Source: Octopus sinensis (lineage: Eukaryota). From it: 64,000 nucleotides of DNA. Below the pieces are notes generated by a model. It ran no database searches. It was not told the DNA's origin and was given only the letters and a program-made list of their open reading frames with translations. The position numbers and the translations under genes are program-made. The stretch is taken from positions 16,120,001 through 16,184,000 of the forward strand of contig NC_043016.1 in assembly GCF_006345805.1 (NCBI RefSeq). Reading direction: 5' to 3'. Below, in pieces: positions 13,570 to 25,974 of the stretch. Position 1 is the first letter of the stretch; the number at the start of each line of letters is the position of its first letter.

Positions 13570-13930
13570 TTATTACCTCCGTCTTAGTGAAGGTGGAGGT
13601 ATTGTTATCAGTCGTGTTTGTTTGTCCATGGACAAGATATCTCAAGGACCACTGGATGGATTCGGATAAAACTTTCAGGGATGTCTGACCTTGTGACTGG
13701 CACAAACTGATTAGACTTTGAGATCAATTTGGTACTGGACAAGGATTCTGGATTATTTTTCCCTGTTTTTTTTTTACTTAATTTTTGAGAGTGGTCGGGT
13801 TCACTTTTAGTATTTTCGTTTGTGAGAGCAGTCGAGATATTCTCATTTTAAAAATCATCTCTGGCTAATCGTTGAGAGGACAATGGAGTTGCCTTGGCAG
13901 AGGTTTGTGCTCTCTGAGTGCTCTTGTTAT
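13570..13930 (+). mobile_element. Non-autonomous element with subterminal inverted motif (HINE/Helentron-like or MITE)
   Basis: Starts ttattacctccgtcttag...ggaggtattgtt and ends gccttggcagaggtttgtgctctctgagtgctc, resembling the widespread acctccgccaagg...ccttggcggagg family. Confidence 0.5.
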
Positions 13931-14839
13931 TGTTATTTAACTTTAGTTCAGCCTTGGTTCAATGAACCTATGATCGAAGACATTTAAAGTCAACCAATGC
14001 CATCTTTTTTTATTCAGACATGCTATACCAAGGACTTCCAATTCTTCAAAGATGGTAAGATGTCATTTCAGGGAAAACTGGCTGCTATTTCTAACAAGGG
14101 ATCCTGGAGAGTTTCCCATGTTTACTTATGTTTAGTCCATGCTAATCCACCCTGACATGGCAGACTTATAATCAAAGACACTCTGGTCATGACCAATCCA
14201 TTTATTCAGATTAAGATTTAATATATTCTTTCTTCCTTAAGATTGCAATGTCTGATTTGGTGAAATTTGACTGCTATTTTTAACAAGCTGGGAAGTTTGA
14301 TAAAGGCTTGTTTATTGACTTATGATGATAATGATGGTGGTGGTGATGATGAGGGAAGTGATAACGATGGTAATGATAATGGCTATTGTCTGTGATATTA
14401 GCAATGATGAAGATGGTAGCAATAGCTGTAATAATAACAATAACGACCATGATGATGAAGATAATGCAGTAAACATCTAATTAATTAGTTAATTAGACAT
14501 CAACATTGTCATGACCTCTGATATTAAAAAAGAAAAAAGGAAGAAGAAAACTTGTAAATCAAATATTTTTAATTGGGTCCCCCACGTAACCTCTAAGATC
14601 CCATTCTGAAGTGCTCCCCATCTTCAAAGCTATATGTATATTATTTGTGTGTATGTGTGTACGCATGCATGTATGTGCATGAATATATAATGTATATATT
14701 GTAGATTGACTGCTAACTGCATGTCTAAATAATGTTCTTGAAAGTGGCCATGACTTCCAAGGCAACAATGATGTCCGTTGTGTTTAATTTTATTATGACT
14801 TCTTGACGGTTCTGAAACAGATGACAACAATTTACACAC

Positions 14840-15311
14840 AAACACATGTAGACACTCACACACAAACACATGCAGACACTCACACACAAACACATGCAGA
14901 CACTCACACACAAACACATGCAGACACTCACACACAAACACATGCAGACACTCACACACAAACACATGCAGACACTCACACACAAACACATGCAGACACT
15001 CACACACAAACACATGCAGACACTCACACACAAACACATGCAGACACTCACACTCAAACACATGCAGACACTCACACTCAAACACATGCAGACACTCACA
15101 CTCAAACACATACAGACACTCACACACAAACACATGCAGACACTCACACACAAACACATGCAGACACTCACACACAAACACTCACACACAAACACATACA
15201 GACACTCACACACAAACACATGCAGACACTCACACTCAAACACATGCAGACACTCACACACAAACACATACAGACACTCACACACAAACACATACAGACA
15301 CTCACACACAC
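14840..15311. repeat. 24-bp (CA)-derived minisatellite, about 19 copies
   Basis: Unit acacatgcagacactcacacacaa; source of the ORFs at 14630-15466. Confidence 0.97.
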
Positions 15312-16714
15312 TGAATATGAAACACAATAATCTCACTTGTGTTCATTACGCATCCAAATCACCAGTTTTACAAAACTTTAAAATTCCATGGACACACAGC
15401 ACTTCCTGTCTCTTTTCAAGTATAATAAAATGTGTTCTCCCTCTGAAAATCAATGCTTGGCTTTGATTCCATAGAGCAGAGTGGATGTTACTGTTAACAG
15501 AATGTCTGTTTATTACAGGTAACATTTCCAATTGAACTGGTGGTACCTACATTTTTGACGGCTAAGTAAAGTGAAGTAATATAGAATATGGTGTTGCATA
15601 TGGGGACCTAATTATCATCTCAAGAGTAATTAAAAAACAAATCGTTATCATTTCATTCAGCTATTATGATCTGTTCACATTTATTCATTGGTTTAAGCAG
15701 CAATTGATTTTGAGCCAAGAATTTATGACTGGATGCTTTTCCTGTCAACTGATTTTTCAGGTAAGGAATTATTATATCCCACAAGTCTTTGAAGGCACAT
15801 GGTGACTAGTCATATTATCAACATGCCCAGAATATTTGCTGTAAAAAATTTCACCATAAGACAAATCCTTGATATGGACAATGATAAAGTGTTGTTATAT
15901 CTGCATTTTAAATAAAATGATAAAATGTTTTGTAAAAGAATTAAATAGACAAATTTTTATTTGACATGAAACATTAAAACTAAACACGAGGAGGTCATTT
16001 AAAATGAAACTTTTTATGGCGAAAATTTTTATGGTGAAATTTCCTACAAGTAATGGCAAAATCAATGGCACTTTATTATAAGCAGTGACAAACATTCAAG
16101 CTTATTTACACACACACAAGCATAATACGGTTTTTGTCTCTCAATTTCACAAGGCATCGATGTGCTTGGTACAATTGTAGAAAGTGCTGCATAGCAGGTC
16201 TGAATCTGAATCCATACGGCTGAAAAGTAAACTTCTCAGCCATACAGTCATACTACAATAAATTACGTTTTAATCATATACTTGCAACATGGCTGTGGTA
16301 TTTCAGGAAAGTGGCTCTTCACTGAGATACATCAGAGAAGTGTCACCCTCTCTCTCTCTCACACACACACACGTGTGCGTGCACGTGTGTTGGACTCTCT
16401 TGTCGTAAACAACAGATAAGTGTTCTTCAATTTCTTGCTGAACGACCTGCAGAAATGATTTGCTTAGAGTTATTAAATGTTCCCATTGTACATTGGCTCA
16501 TTCTTGTCATCAAATCAATGTCACCTGAACAGGTGTGTGGCCTACTTCATGTCAGGTGTTGAGGTGATTGCAGAGCTATGTGAAATGAAGTGGTTTGCTC
16601 AAGAATACAATGTACCACCCAGTTTAGGAATTGAAACCATGAGCTCATCATCATGAGTGCAAAACCCTAACACTAGAGTGAATGTGAACGTGTGTGTGTG
16701 TGTGTGTGTGTATA

Positions 16715-16880
16715 GAGGTGCAGGTGTGGCTGTGTGGTAAGAAGCTTGCTTCCCAACCACATGGTTCCGGGTTCAGTCCCACTGCATGGTTTCTTGGGCA
16801 AATGTCTTCTACTATAGCCTTAGGTCTTCTACTATAGCCTTGTGAGTGGATTTGGTAGACAGAAACTGAAAGAAGCCTGT

Positions 16881-16952
<72 letters not shown>

Positions 16953-17160
16953 CATGCATATATATTTATGTGTGTGTGTCTTTGTATTTGTCTCCACCAC
17001 CATGACTTGACAACCGATGTTGGTGTGTTTGCCGAAACTTAGTAGTTCAGCAAAAGAGACCGATAGAATAAGTAGGTTTACAAAGAATAAGTCCTGGAGT
17101 TGATTTCTTTGACTAAAGACACTGCTCCAGCAAGGCCACAATCAAATGACTGAAACACGT
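16715..17160 (+). mobile_element. SINE family B, near full length
   Basis: ggtgtggctgtgtggtaagaagcttgcttcccaaccacatggttccgggttcagtcccactgc head; tail ...caaatgactgaaac. Confidence 0.85.
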
Positions 17161-17329
17161 GAAAAAAAAAATGCATATACTTAATGTATATGCTTTGTGT
17201 ATTTTCTGGTGTCTGCAATGGTGTAGTGGAGTATATAACTCTCATGTTGCTGATGTTAAAACAACTCAGAGTCCAAGACAGGCAAGATAACTTGCCTTCA
17301 ATCCCATCTGGGAGAGATGGACATCGATG

Positions 17330-17640
17330 TTTCACCATTTTTGTGGATTTTCAACATCATATACCTGCCTGGGTACGTATACATAAATATCGAACAATAA
17401 GGGGTGCTCAGCACTGCACTTGTAGATAAATATTCTTTATATGTGTATTAAGGCTACCATTGGTTTCATGTTAAGGAATACCTCAATAATTATCAAGCCT
17501 ATCGCAGGGAAACATCCGTGTTCATCTCCATTTTGGATTAAAATATGAAAAGTTACAGTAAGTCACAATAAAAACACAAGAATTTTGCTAAGGAAAAGCA
17601 CAAAACATCAAGGGTAACAACCCTTAGATCATTATCTCCC
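17330..17640 (+). mobile_element. Penelope-like element RT-region fragment
   Basis: 17510-17580 (ggaaacatccgtgttcatctccattttggattaaa...gtcacaataaaaa) is homologous to the reverse complement of 19330-19405 in the PLE below. Confidence 0.55.
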
Positions 17641-18374
17641 TTGGATTCAACTTTTGGAAAATTGTAACTCATGCAAATTTTTATATAAATACCTGCATTA
17701 ATATTTAAACCACACAAATTTTACTCTTAAACATTTGTGCACTTAAAAGTTTATATTTATATAATATATGTGCATCTGGCAGCCAAATGTTTATCACGTT
17801 ACAGTATCAAAATTTTGCAGTTTTTGTAATTTCATAAATTATTAGTTTGTGTATATTTTATGCGTAATATTCATCGATTAGTATACGTATTTTTTTGTTT
17901 GAGTCTATGTATTATGTGGTTTTTGTGCATTCACATGTACACACACACATGTAGCTGCACACACACATATACATGCATATAGAGGTATGCGTATACACAC
18001 TTTAAATGCCCTTACATACACATTTTTGTGTGTACATTTTGGACGTGTACTCAGGATTGTGAAGTTTCACGTGATCAAAGCATATTTTTTATGTATAATT
18101 TGTGGAATTTTACATATCTTGCACATATATTTTTTACATGTTCATTACATACTGTTACACACATTTCAAAGTTGAATTTGTAAGGTTTTGGAGTTGTTGA
18201 ATGATATGTTTGTTTATATCATGTCATGTCCTGGGGATGTGCAATGCGCGTATATCTATGTATTGAGGGCACGAGTCTTCTATGTTTGAAGTTCATATGA
18301 TGCATATATTTAATGTTTATGTTCAGAGAAAAATAAAAACTATCCTAGTTGGAGCAGCAGAGTGGGTGGTGGGT

Positions 18375-19620
18375 CCTCTTTTCAATATCGGAGCATAAAA
18401 TATTGCTGATGCATGCAAAAAGAGGTTTTATTCCTGAAATTTAAGACATTAGCATTTGAATGGATGATGTTTAGCTTTTCAGTAAGGCAAAGATCATATT
18501 TGGTGTGCTGATCCTTGCATTTTTGGGCTTTAGTAATAATGCTCCAGATCATCAAGGGTGGGGGGTTGCTTACTTCAACATCTTTCAGTGTCCATATCAT
18601 GTTGGATAGGGATGTTACATATCTTTTATTTTTGTCTCTGAGTGATGCTAGATGAAGCATATATCTTTTCTTAAGTTACTACCATTTCAATACATGTCTT
18701 TATTACTTTGTTGTGTGATTATGGCCTTGTGCACAATTTTTTTCTAGACAGCTATTATTCAAAGGACAATGGTTCAAAGGTCTACAATTACAATACCTTT
18801 CATGAGTATCCCTGGTGGTTTATTTTTATTGTGATTATTATTGACCCTACATTGGGTAGGCAACAATAGCTAACTTTAACAGTATTTCTATTGAAGGTCT
18901 TATGGTATTTGTGTGAGTGTGGGAAGTGATTATCTATTAGTTTATAAACTTTACTAGCTATGTTAGTGGATACATTCACGCCTTAAGGAGGATTGAACCA
19001 AAGTTTTTCTGCCTTCCTAGTCAATTTACATTTGGTTCAATATAGTTTATACTACTCTTAAAGTTGAACCTTTCTGATGCAACATTATAGTATGGGGCTG
19101 CCTTTTCAAAATTGGATTAATTGGAGGATAGATTTGAGATGCACCTGCTAATGTTTTTAACTAATTGTTTAATGACTGACAGTGGGTTGTCGAAGCCTAT
19201 CTCTATGTATAAGGTTTCTTAATTTGGTTTGTAGTAAGGTTTAAATTTACCTGTAATAAAGTCAAATTTAAGGGAGATAATCCTACAAGAGTTGTTTCCC
19301 TTAATGTTCTTTTCTTATTGAAATTCTCACGTGATTTTTATTGTGACTTTCTGTGACTTTTTGTGATTTAATCCAAAATAGAGATGAACACCGATGTTTC
19401 CATGTGACAGGCTCAATAGCTTCCTGAACACGAAACCAGCAGTAGCCTTTATACACACACACATACACACATATCTGAATTCCAGATAAGAAATTTTCAG
19501 CAAATGGAAACATATGAACAAATTTCTTTTGGCAAATTGAAGACCATTGACCAAATGTATCGCAGAATTTAGACCCCTTCCATTGATTCTCCACCAACTA
19601 ACTTTCTAGCCAAGAGGAAC
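18375..19620 (-). mobile_element. Decayed Penelope-like retroelement (RT C-terminus plus GIY-YIG endonuclease)
   Basis: Minus frames give ISRCISNLSSN*SNFEKAAPYYN, WFNPP*GVNVSTNIASKVYKLIDNHFP and SNMIWTLKD...WSIITKAQ...DLCLTEKLNII...LNFRNK, all recognisable PLE motifs. Confidence 0.85.
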
Positions 19621-20091
19621 ATAATTTTAATTCTCTTCTTTTCCTTTCTTTTTCTGTTTCTTTCACCCTTACACTTTTCGCATCCATCTTCCTCTCATTC
19701 TTGTCTCATAGTTTTTGTTCCATTGTCCTGATTTATAAACTGAATAGACCATATGCTCAATGCTCAAACATTTCCTGGAGACACTAAGTCTGTTATTAAA
19801 ACCTGCCTAGATAACATCTCCATTGTATGAAACTATTAGTAGCTCATAACTATAAATTGTGTACATTAAATGATGTTTATCTCACATAAGATGTAGTACT
19901 TTTTTGTTGATCTTACCTATGGAAAAGTAAACTGTGTGTGTGTGTGTGTGTGTGTGTATATGAGAGTATATATTTAGTTCAAGTAGAACATTTTGAACTT
20001 TTTGGGGTGTCCAAAAAGTTAGATTTTAATAAAGATTCTTCATATCAAAGAAGCAGTTTGCTAATGCAAATATTTAAAATATGAAAATATG

Positions 20092-22225
20092 ACAAGTAAA
20101 AAGTGTGTTACGAGCATTTGTAGGATATAATCCTGTATAAACTCAACAGTTTTAAAATGGAGAAGAGATGTTAAAAGTTTTTATAAAATCCATACGATCG
20201 TTTCAAATGATAATACCAAGATGTAAGAAACATGGAAGAATTAAATTAATTATAATAATAATGAAAATAAAAAATTAATTTAATTTATGTATTACCATTC
20301 TCCTCAGTGGAAAAGATGAAGAAAACATCAGAAAGGTATTAAGAAAAGAATATTAGAATGAAACTACAGAGAGACTGCGTCGGATAAACTTGATCGGATT
20401 TTCATAAAAAGATTGTGAAAGAGAAAAAAACAGATATAGGAAGATGCTTATGTCATGTTGAGTCTGTCTGTGTAAGAACTAGATTTAGTTCTTACACAGA
20501 TGTTTGATCTTTTATTCATCTTTTCCAGTGAGGAGAACTGTAATCATCATCATCATCATCATCATCATTTAATGTCCGCTTTCCATGCTAGCATGGGTTG
20601 GACGGTTCAACTGGGGTCTGAGGAGCCCGAAGGCTGCACCAGGCCAGTCAGATCTGGCAGTGTTTCTACAGCTGGATGCCCTTCCTAATGCCAACCACTC
20701 CGAGAGTGTAGTGGGTGATTTTATGTGCCACCGACACAGGTGCCAGACGAGGCTGGCGAACGGCCACGCTCGGATGGTGTTTTTTTTTTTTTTATGTGCC
20801 ACCGACACAGTGCCAGACGAGGCTGGCAGACGGCCACGCTCGGATGGTGTTTTTATGTGCCACCAACACAGGTGCCAGATGAGGCTGGCGAACGGACACG
20901 ATCGGATGGTGTTTGTTACGTGCCCACAGCACAGAGGCCAGTCGATGCGGTACTGGCTATGGCCACGTTTGGATGGTTTTCTTGTGTCCCACAAAGATAC
21001 AAATTCCATTGATGTTCATCTATTTTGATTTGTTTTGATTTGATTTTGATTTTGATTTTCACTTGCCTCAACAGGTCTTCACAAGTGTCACAAGAAGGAA
21101 GGTATGCTCAGGTGGACTGACTACGTCCCATGTAGGGACCACGGGTTATGGCCTAACTATTCTTGCCGGGTCTTCGGATGGTGTTTTTATGTGCCACCGA
21201 CACAGGTGCCAGATGAGGCTGGTACCACATAGATACAAATTCCATTGATGTTCATCTATTTTGATTTGTGTTGATTTGATTTTCACTTGCCTCAACAGGT
21301 CTTCACAAGTGTCACAAGAAGGAAGGTATGCACATCCCACGTAGGGTCCACGGGTTATGGCCAGACTAGTCTTGCCGGGTCTTCGGATGGTGTTTTTATG
21401 TGCCACCGACACAGGTGCCAAATGAGGCTGGCGAACGATCGGATGGTGTTTGTTACGTGCCCACAGCATGGAGGCCAGTCGATGCGGTACTGGCTACGGC
21501 CACGTTCGGATAGTTTTCTTGTGTGCCACCGGCACTGGTACCACAAAGATACAAATTCCATTGATGTTCATCTATTTTGATTTGTTTTGATTTTCACTTG
21601 CCTCAACGGTCTTCACAAGTGTCACAAGAAGGAAGGTATGCACAGGTGGACTGACTACGTCCCTGGTAGGGGCCACGGGTTATGGCCTGACTCGTCTTGC
21701 CGTTCTTCGGATGGTGTTTTTATGTGCCACCGACATAGGTGCCAGATGAGGCAGGCGAACGGCCACGATCGGATGGTGCTTGTTACGTGCCCACAGCATG
21801 GAGGCCAGTCGATGCGGTACTGGCTACGGACATGTTCGGATGGTTTTCTTGTGTGCCACCGGCACTGGTACCACAAAGATACAAATTCCATTGATGTTCA
21901 TCTATTTTGATTTGTTTTGATTTTTTGATTTGATTTTCACTTGCCTCAACAGGTCTTCACAAGTGTCACAAGAAGGAAGGTATGCACAGGTGGACTGACT
22001 ACGTCCCAGGTAGATGTAATTAAATCAATTTTATTTTATTATTATTTTAATAATTATTATAATTAATTTAATTCTTCCGTGTTTCTTTGTGTTATCATTT
22101 GAAATGATTGTATGGATTAAAACTGTATAAAAACTTTCAACATCTCTTCTCCACTTTTAAGCTGTTAATTGAGTTTATATAGGATTATATACTATAAATG
22201 CTCATAACACACTTTTTACTTGTAT
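20092..22225. mobile_element. MITE/foldback-like element defined by ~200-bp inverted repeats (20092-20287 and 22018-22225), interrupted by an RTE array
   Basis: The reverse complement of 22018-22225 aligns with 20092-20287 (acaagtaaaaagtgtgtta...ggagaagagatgtt...ggaagaattaaattaattataataat). Confidence 0.7.
20540..22012 (-). mobile_element. RTE LINE 3'UTR with about 4 internal tandem re-duplications
   Basis: The block caggtgccagatgaggctgg...gatacaaattccattgatgttcatctattttgatt...cttgcctcaac recurs at about 20870, 21200, 21410 and 21735. Confidence 0.85.
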
Positions 22226-22229
22226 ATAT

Positions 22230-22710
22230 CAAAATCACATTCGATGACTGGCATCGATACCAGCGGGGTGCAAAGAGCACCATACAAATGTGATCGTTGA
22301 CAGAGCGGCTAACCAGCTTACTGGCACTTGTGCCTGTAGGGTACCAAGAACACTATCCAAGCGTGATCGTTGCCAGAGCAGACAACTGGCTTCCATGCCG
22401 GTGACACATAAAAGGCACCATTCGAGCGTGATTGCTACCAACGTCACCTTACTCGCACCTGTGCTGGTGGCATGTGTAAAAAGATTCGAGTGAGGTCATT
22501 GCCAGTACCGCCTGACTGGCCTCTGTGCCGGTGGTGCATAAAAAGCACCCAATACACTCTCAGAGTAGTTGGCGTTAGGAGGGGTATCCAGCTGTAGAAA
22601 CTCTGCCAAATCAAGATTGGAGCTTGGTGCAGCCATCTGGTTCGCCAGCCCTTGGTCAAAATCGTCCAACCCATGGAAAGTGGATGTTAAACGATGATGG
22701 TGATGATATA
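22230..22710 (+). mobile_element. RTE LINE 3'UTR copy (older subfamily)
   Basis: aaagcacc...gagtagttggcgttaggagggg...gtccaacccatggaaagtggatgttaaacgatgatg. Confidence 0.75.
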
Positions 22711-22714
22711 TATG

Positions 22715-22753
<39 letters not shown>

Positions 22754-23369
22754 ATACACACACACTTATACACACATTAATATGTGAATATTAGGGAATA
22801 ATCCAAGCTGTATCCACATAAAGCATCTCTGCATGTTTATGTTAATCCAATGTATGATGTATATAGATGTTTTATTTCAAATGCGATATACAGAGTAACT
22901 GTAATTTTCGGTAAATTCAATTTGCAGGTTAATTACATATGAAAACATAAGAAAACTGGAAGTGTTTGGTATATTTTCAATTTCATGTTACATATAATTC
23001 ACTTCAGGATAGGTGTCACAAAGATATACACGTAGAAAAAAAAAACATGTACTTATCCATAATTCTTGAGACAATGAATAAAAAATAATACCTTTGCAGC
23101 TCATTTCTTGTAATGAAACATGTGTAACGTGGAATCCAAAATATACCAAATTTTTCAAGTCTTTTATTTTGATAAATTTCTGTGATACATAACCGAATTT
23201 AACCTAATCATCATCCTCATCATCGTTTAACATCCGCTTTCCATGCTGGCATTCATTTATATTTGTTTTGTCACTGTGTGTGTATGTGTAAAGAGAAAAT
23301 GTGTAATTGGAATTGTTGATAAGGACTTTGAAGAGAATTGGCAGGATCACAGGGTGGGATGTTAGAATT

Positions 23370-23434
<65 letters not shown>

Positions 23435-24076
23435 ATATATTTATGTATATTGGAGTTCTATTGTTGTGTTGGTCTTAAGAATGTTTGTTGGAGCTCAGAT
23501 GGGGAATGCAATAAGTAGAAGAGGTGGGGTGAAGAGTATTGTAGAAGTAGGGGTTAGGTGAGGAATCAAGAGACTATAACAAGAAACAGTTTTAAGTAGT
23601 TTCAAGTAGGTGCGGATAAGGAGATGCGAGCAGGCAAGCAGGCAGAAATTTTGGGAAAATAGTCTGTTACAGTAGTAATACTGCGAAGATCAAATGTGCT
23701 TTGAAGAAATTGTGGAACCTGCATAAATGGTTAGCGAAAAAGCTGACAGTATCAAGGGGTGGGGTGTACTGATTTGGTACATTTAGAGAATAATCTTCAT
23801 TATCTTGTTAGGTCATTAGGACAACACTAATGACTTCATGCTTTTGTCTCTTGTGTAAATCTGGGGTAAGTTGACTAGGTCAGGTCTGTCTGTCTGTCCC
23901 TCGCAAGATATTTATCAAGATCATACATGGGTGTGTACAATAGAAGACAGTTTAAAGCAGAGTACATATCAGTGAAGTAGAGTCCATGCCTCTCTATGAT
24001 ATACCATTAGGTCTTAGAAATACTACTGATGACTTTTTTATGTAGTGTATATTTAAAATCTCATTACTGGTCCATT

Positions 24077-24099
<23 letters not shown>

Positions 24100-24108
<9 letters not shown>

Positions 24109-24250
24109 TATTAGAGACAAAACCACTATTTTGCAAAACAAACAAGGAAAGACTTAATCAATACATAAAATTTTAATAAATAGTCAAAAAAACCGCCACT
24201 ACAATTGTTACTTGTCTTGATCGACAATCTTCAGGTGGACTTCCAATAAG
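24100..24250 (-). mobile_element. Penelope-type pseudo-LTR relic
   Basis: Carries a minimal hammerhead motif followed by an AT-rich tail ending in (TA)n. Confidence 0.6.
24196..24238 (-). ncRNA. Minimal type I hammerhead ribozyme motif with one core substitution
   Basis: Minus strand ccac CUGAAGA uuguc[gaucaa]gacaa GUAA c[aauu]g UA gugg: stem I 4 bp, stem II 5 bp, palindromic stem III CAAUUG; core GAAA reads GUAA. Confidence 0.7.
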
Positions 24251-24362
24251 TCAGTTTCAAATTATGAAACATGTTAATTATATGTATGTATGTATGTATA
24301 AAAGATAAAGACCCCTTTCTTCAGCCAATGTTACACTGTATTACAGAGTATTTCTACAGATT

Positions 24363-24692
24363 TTAGCCAACACTGTCTGTAATAGACAGATGTAAAAGCC
24401 CTTTGTCCTTATTGCAATATCTGTGTTGTGGACAGAGAAGAGGGACCAGCATGGCTAGCTTCGTAAATAATTGCCTCATCTTCTCAGATGATGGCCGTCT
24501 CACATTCAAGTGAGACATCTCTATGTCATTGGATTCTAGTGACAAAAACTTGACCAATGCTTCAACCATTCTCTCAGTCACCGTATTAGGTTCCAGTGAC
24601 AAGCATAGCAAGGTGACTGCTATTATTTTGACTGTAAGTTTTACATCAGAGTCTCTTTCTCCTGACTTTGTCAGAAATAACAGGAACCTCCT
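24363..24692 (-). CDS. Unidentified 109-codon open frame, possible exon
   Basis: RRFLLFLTKSGERDSDVKLTVKIIAVTLLCLSLEPNTVTERMVEALVKFLSLE...KGLLHLSITDSVG*; non-repetitive, possible acceptor aagcatag|, antisense frame nearly open. No family recognised. Confidence 0.35.
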   Translation of the reverse strand, partial: RRFLLFLTKSGERDSDVKLTVKIIAVTLLCLSLEPNTVTERMVEALVKFLSLESNDIEMSHLNVRRPSSEKMRQLFTKLAMLVPLLCPQHRYCNKDKGLLHLSITDSVG

Positions 24693-25313
24693 CTATGCTT
24701 GGGAAATCTATTCAATCCATAAATAGGACTAGGGGCAGGTACCACTATTCTGGTTCAGAGAAAGAGGGCATGAAAGAAATTGAAAATGGTATTATTTACT
24801 GTTGGACACCTTTCCTGCCATTAACATATATGTATGCATCTGTGTGCACATGCAAATGTGTGTGTATGCATGCACACACATAAGCTGTGGTTGCTCAACT
24901 ATATAGTAATAGCAGCCAAATCTCACTCACAACACTTCTCCATCTTAGAGAAAATAAGTTTGGATGTTATGGGTTTGGAAACAAATATAAGGAAACATAA
25001 AAATATATTGAATGTTCATGGTTTCAGTGTCTTTGATCAAAGACATTCATGGTCAGGTATAAACGGTGTCAGGCGGTGCAGGGTTGGCATAAAGTTGCAG
25101 AGACGATGGCAGTTTAAGAGGTTTGCTACACAACTGCATGGCACCTTAGACAAGTATCTCACCATAGCTTCAGGACCAACCATAGCCTGATAAATCCATT
25201 AAGTAGACAGTAAGTGAAAGAAGTCTGTTAATATATGTATAGAGAAGAACCTGATATACTTTTTTTTTTAACAATGGTGGTGCTCCAGTATGGCCATAGC
25301 CACATATAAAAGA

Positions 25314-25427
<114 letters not shown>

Positions 25428-25429
25428 GT

Positions 25430-25935
25430 ATGTATAAAAGATAAAGACCCCCTTCAGTCATGAATGACAATGGGATTGCACTAAGCAAGTTACCCTCCAA
25501 GGCACAATTCCAGGCAAGGTTGTTTTTATAGAAGACCAGCAGTCACCCTTGCATACCAGCGTCCCTTCTCCATGTCATTATATTTACATAGGGTAAAGGG
25601 CTCCTTCAGTCATGAATGACCATGGGATTACACCTAGAAAATTCCCCTCCAATGCACAAGTCCGGGCAAGATTGTTTTCATAGAAGACCAGTAGTCGCCC
25701 ATGCATACCAGTCTTCCCCCTCTCCACGCCACTGATGTTATCCAAGGGAAAAGCAAAGGGGCCGATACAGCTTGGCACCTGTGACACATTGCAACTCATT
25801 TCTACAGCTGAGTGAACTGGAGCAACATGAAATAAAGTGTCTTGCTCAAGAACACAACACACAGCCTGGTCTGGGAATTGAACTCACTACCTCATGATTG
25901 TGAGCCTGATGCTCTAACCACTGAGCCATGTGCCT
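25430..25935 (-). mobile_element. SINE family D with duplicated 3' tail
   Basis: Minus head ggctcagtggttagagcatcaggctcacaatc...gtgttgtgttcttgagcaagacac; the cttcagtcatgaatgac tail block occurs twice (25445 and 25605). Confidence 0.75.
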
Positions 25936-25974
25936 TGTTCATTCAGGTACTACACACTCATTATATATATATAT

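Noticed and set aside
14630-15466. Four overlapping 175-203 aa repeat-protein ORFs
   Set aside because: Open on both strands because the 24-bp (multiple of 3) unit has no stops; no coding evidence.
16715-16790. tRNA-like heads of SINEs as tRNA genes
   Set aside because: No complete cloverleaf; they continue into SINE bodies present many times in the window.
20720-21960. Repeat-spacer-like appearance of the gtgccaccgacacaggtgcc units (CRISPR-like)
   Set aside because: Eukaryotic context, the spacers are themselves repeated, there are no cas genes, and the units are RTE 3'UTR sub-repeats.
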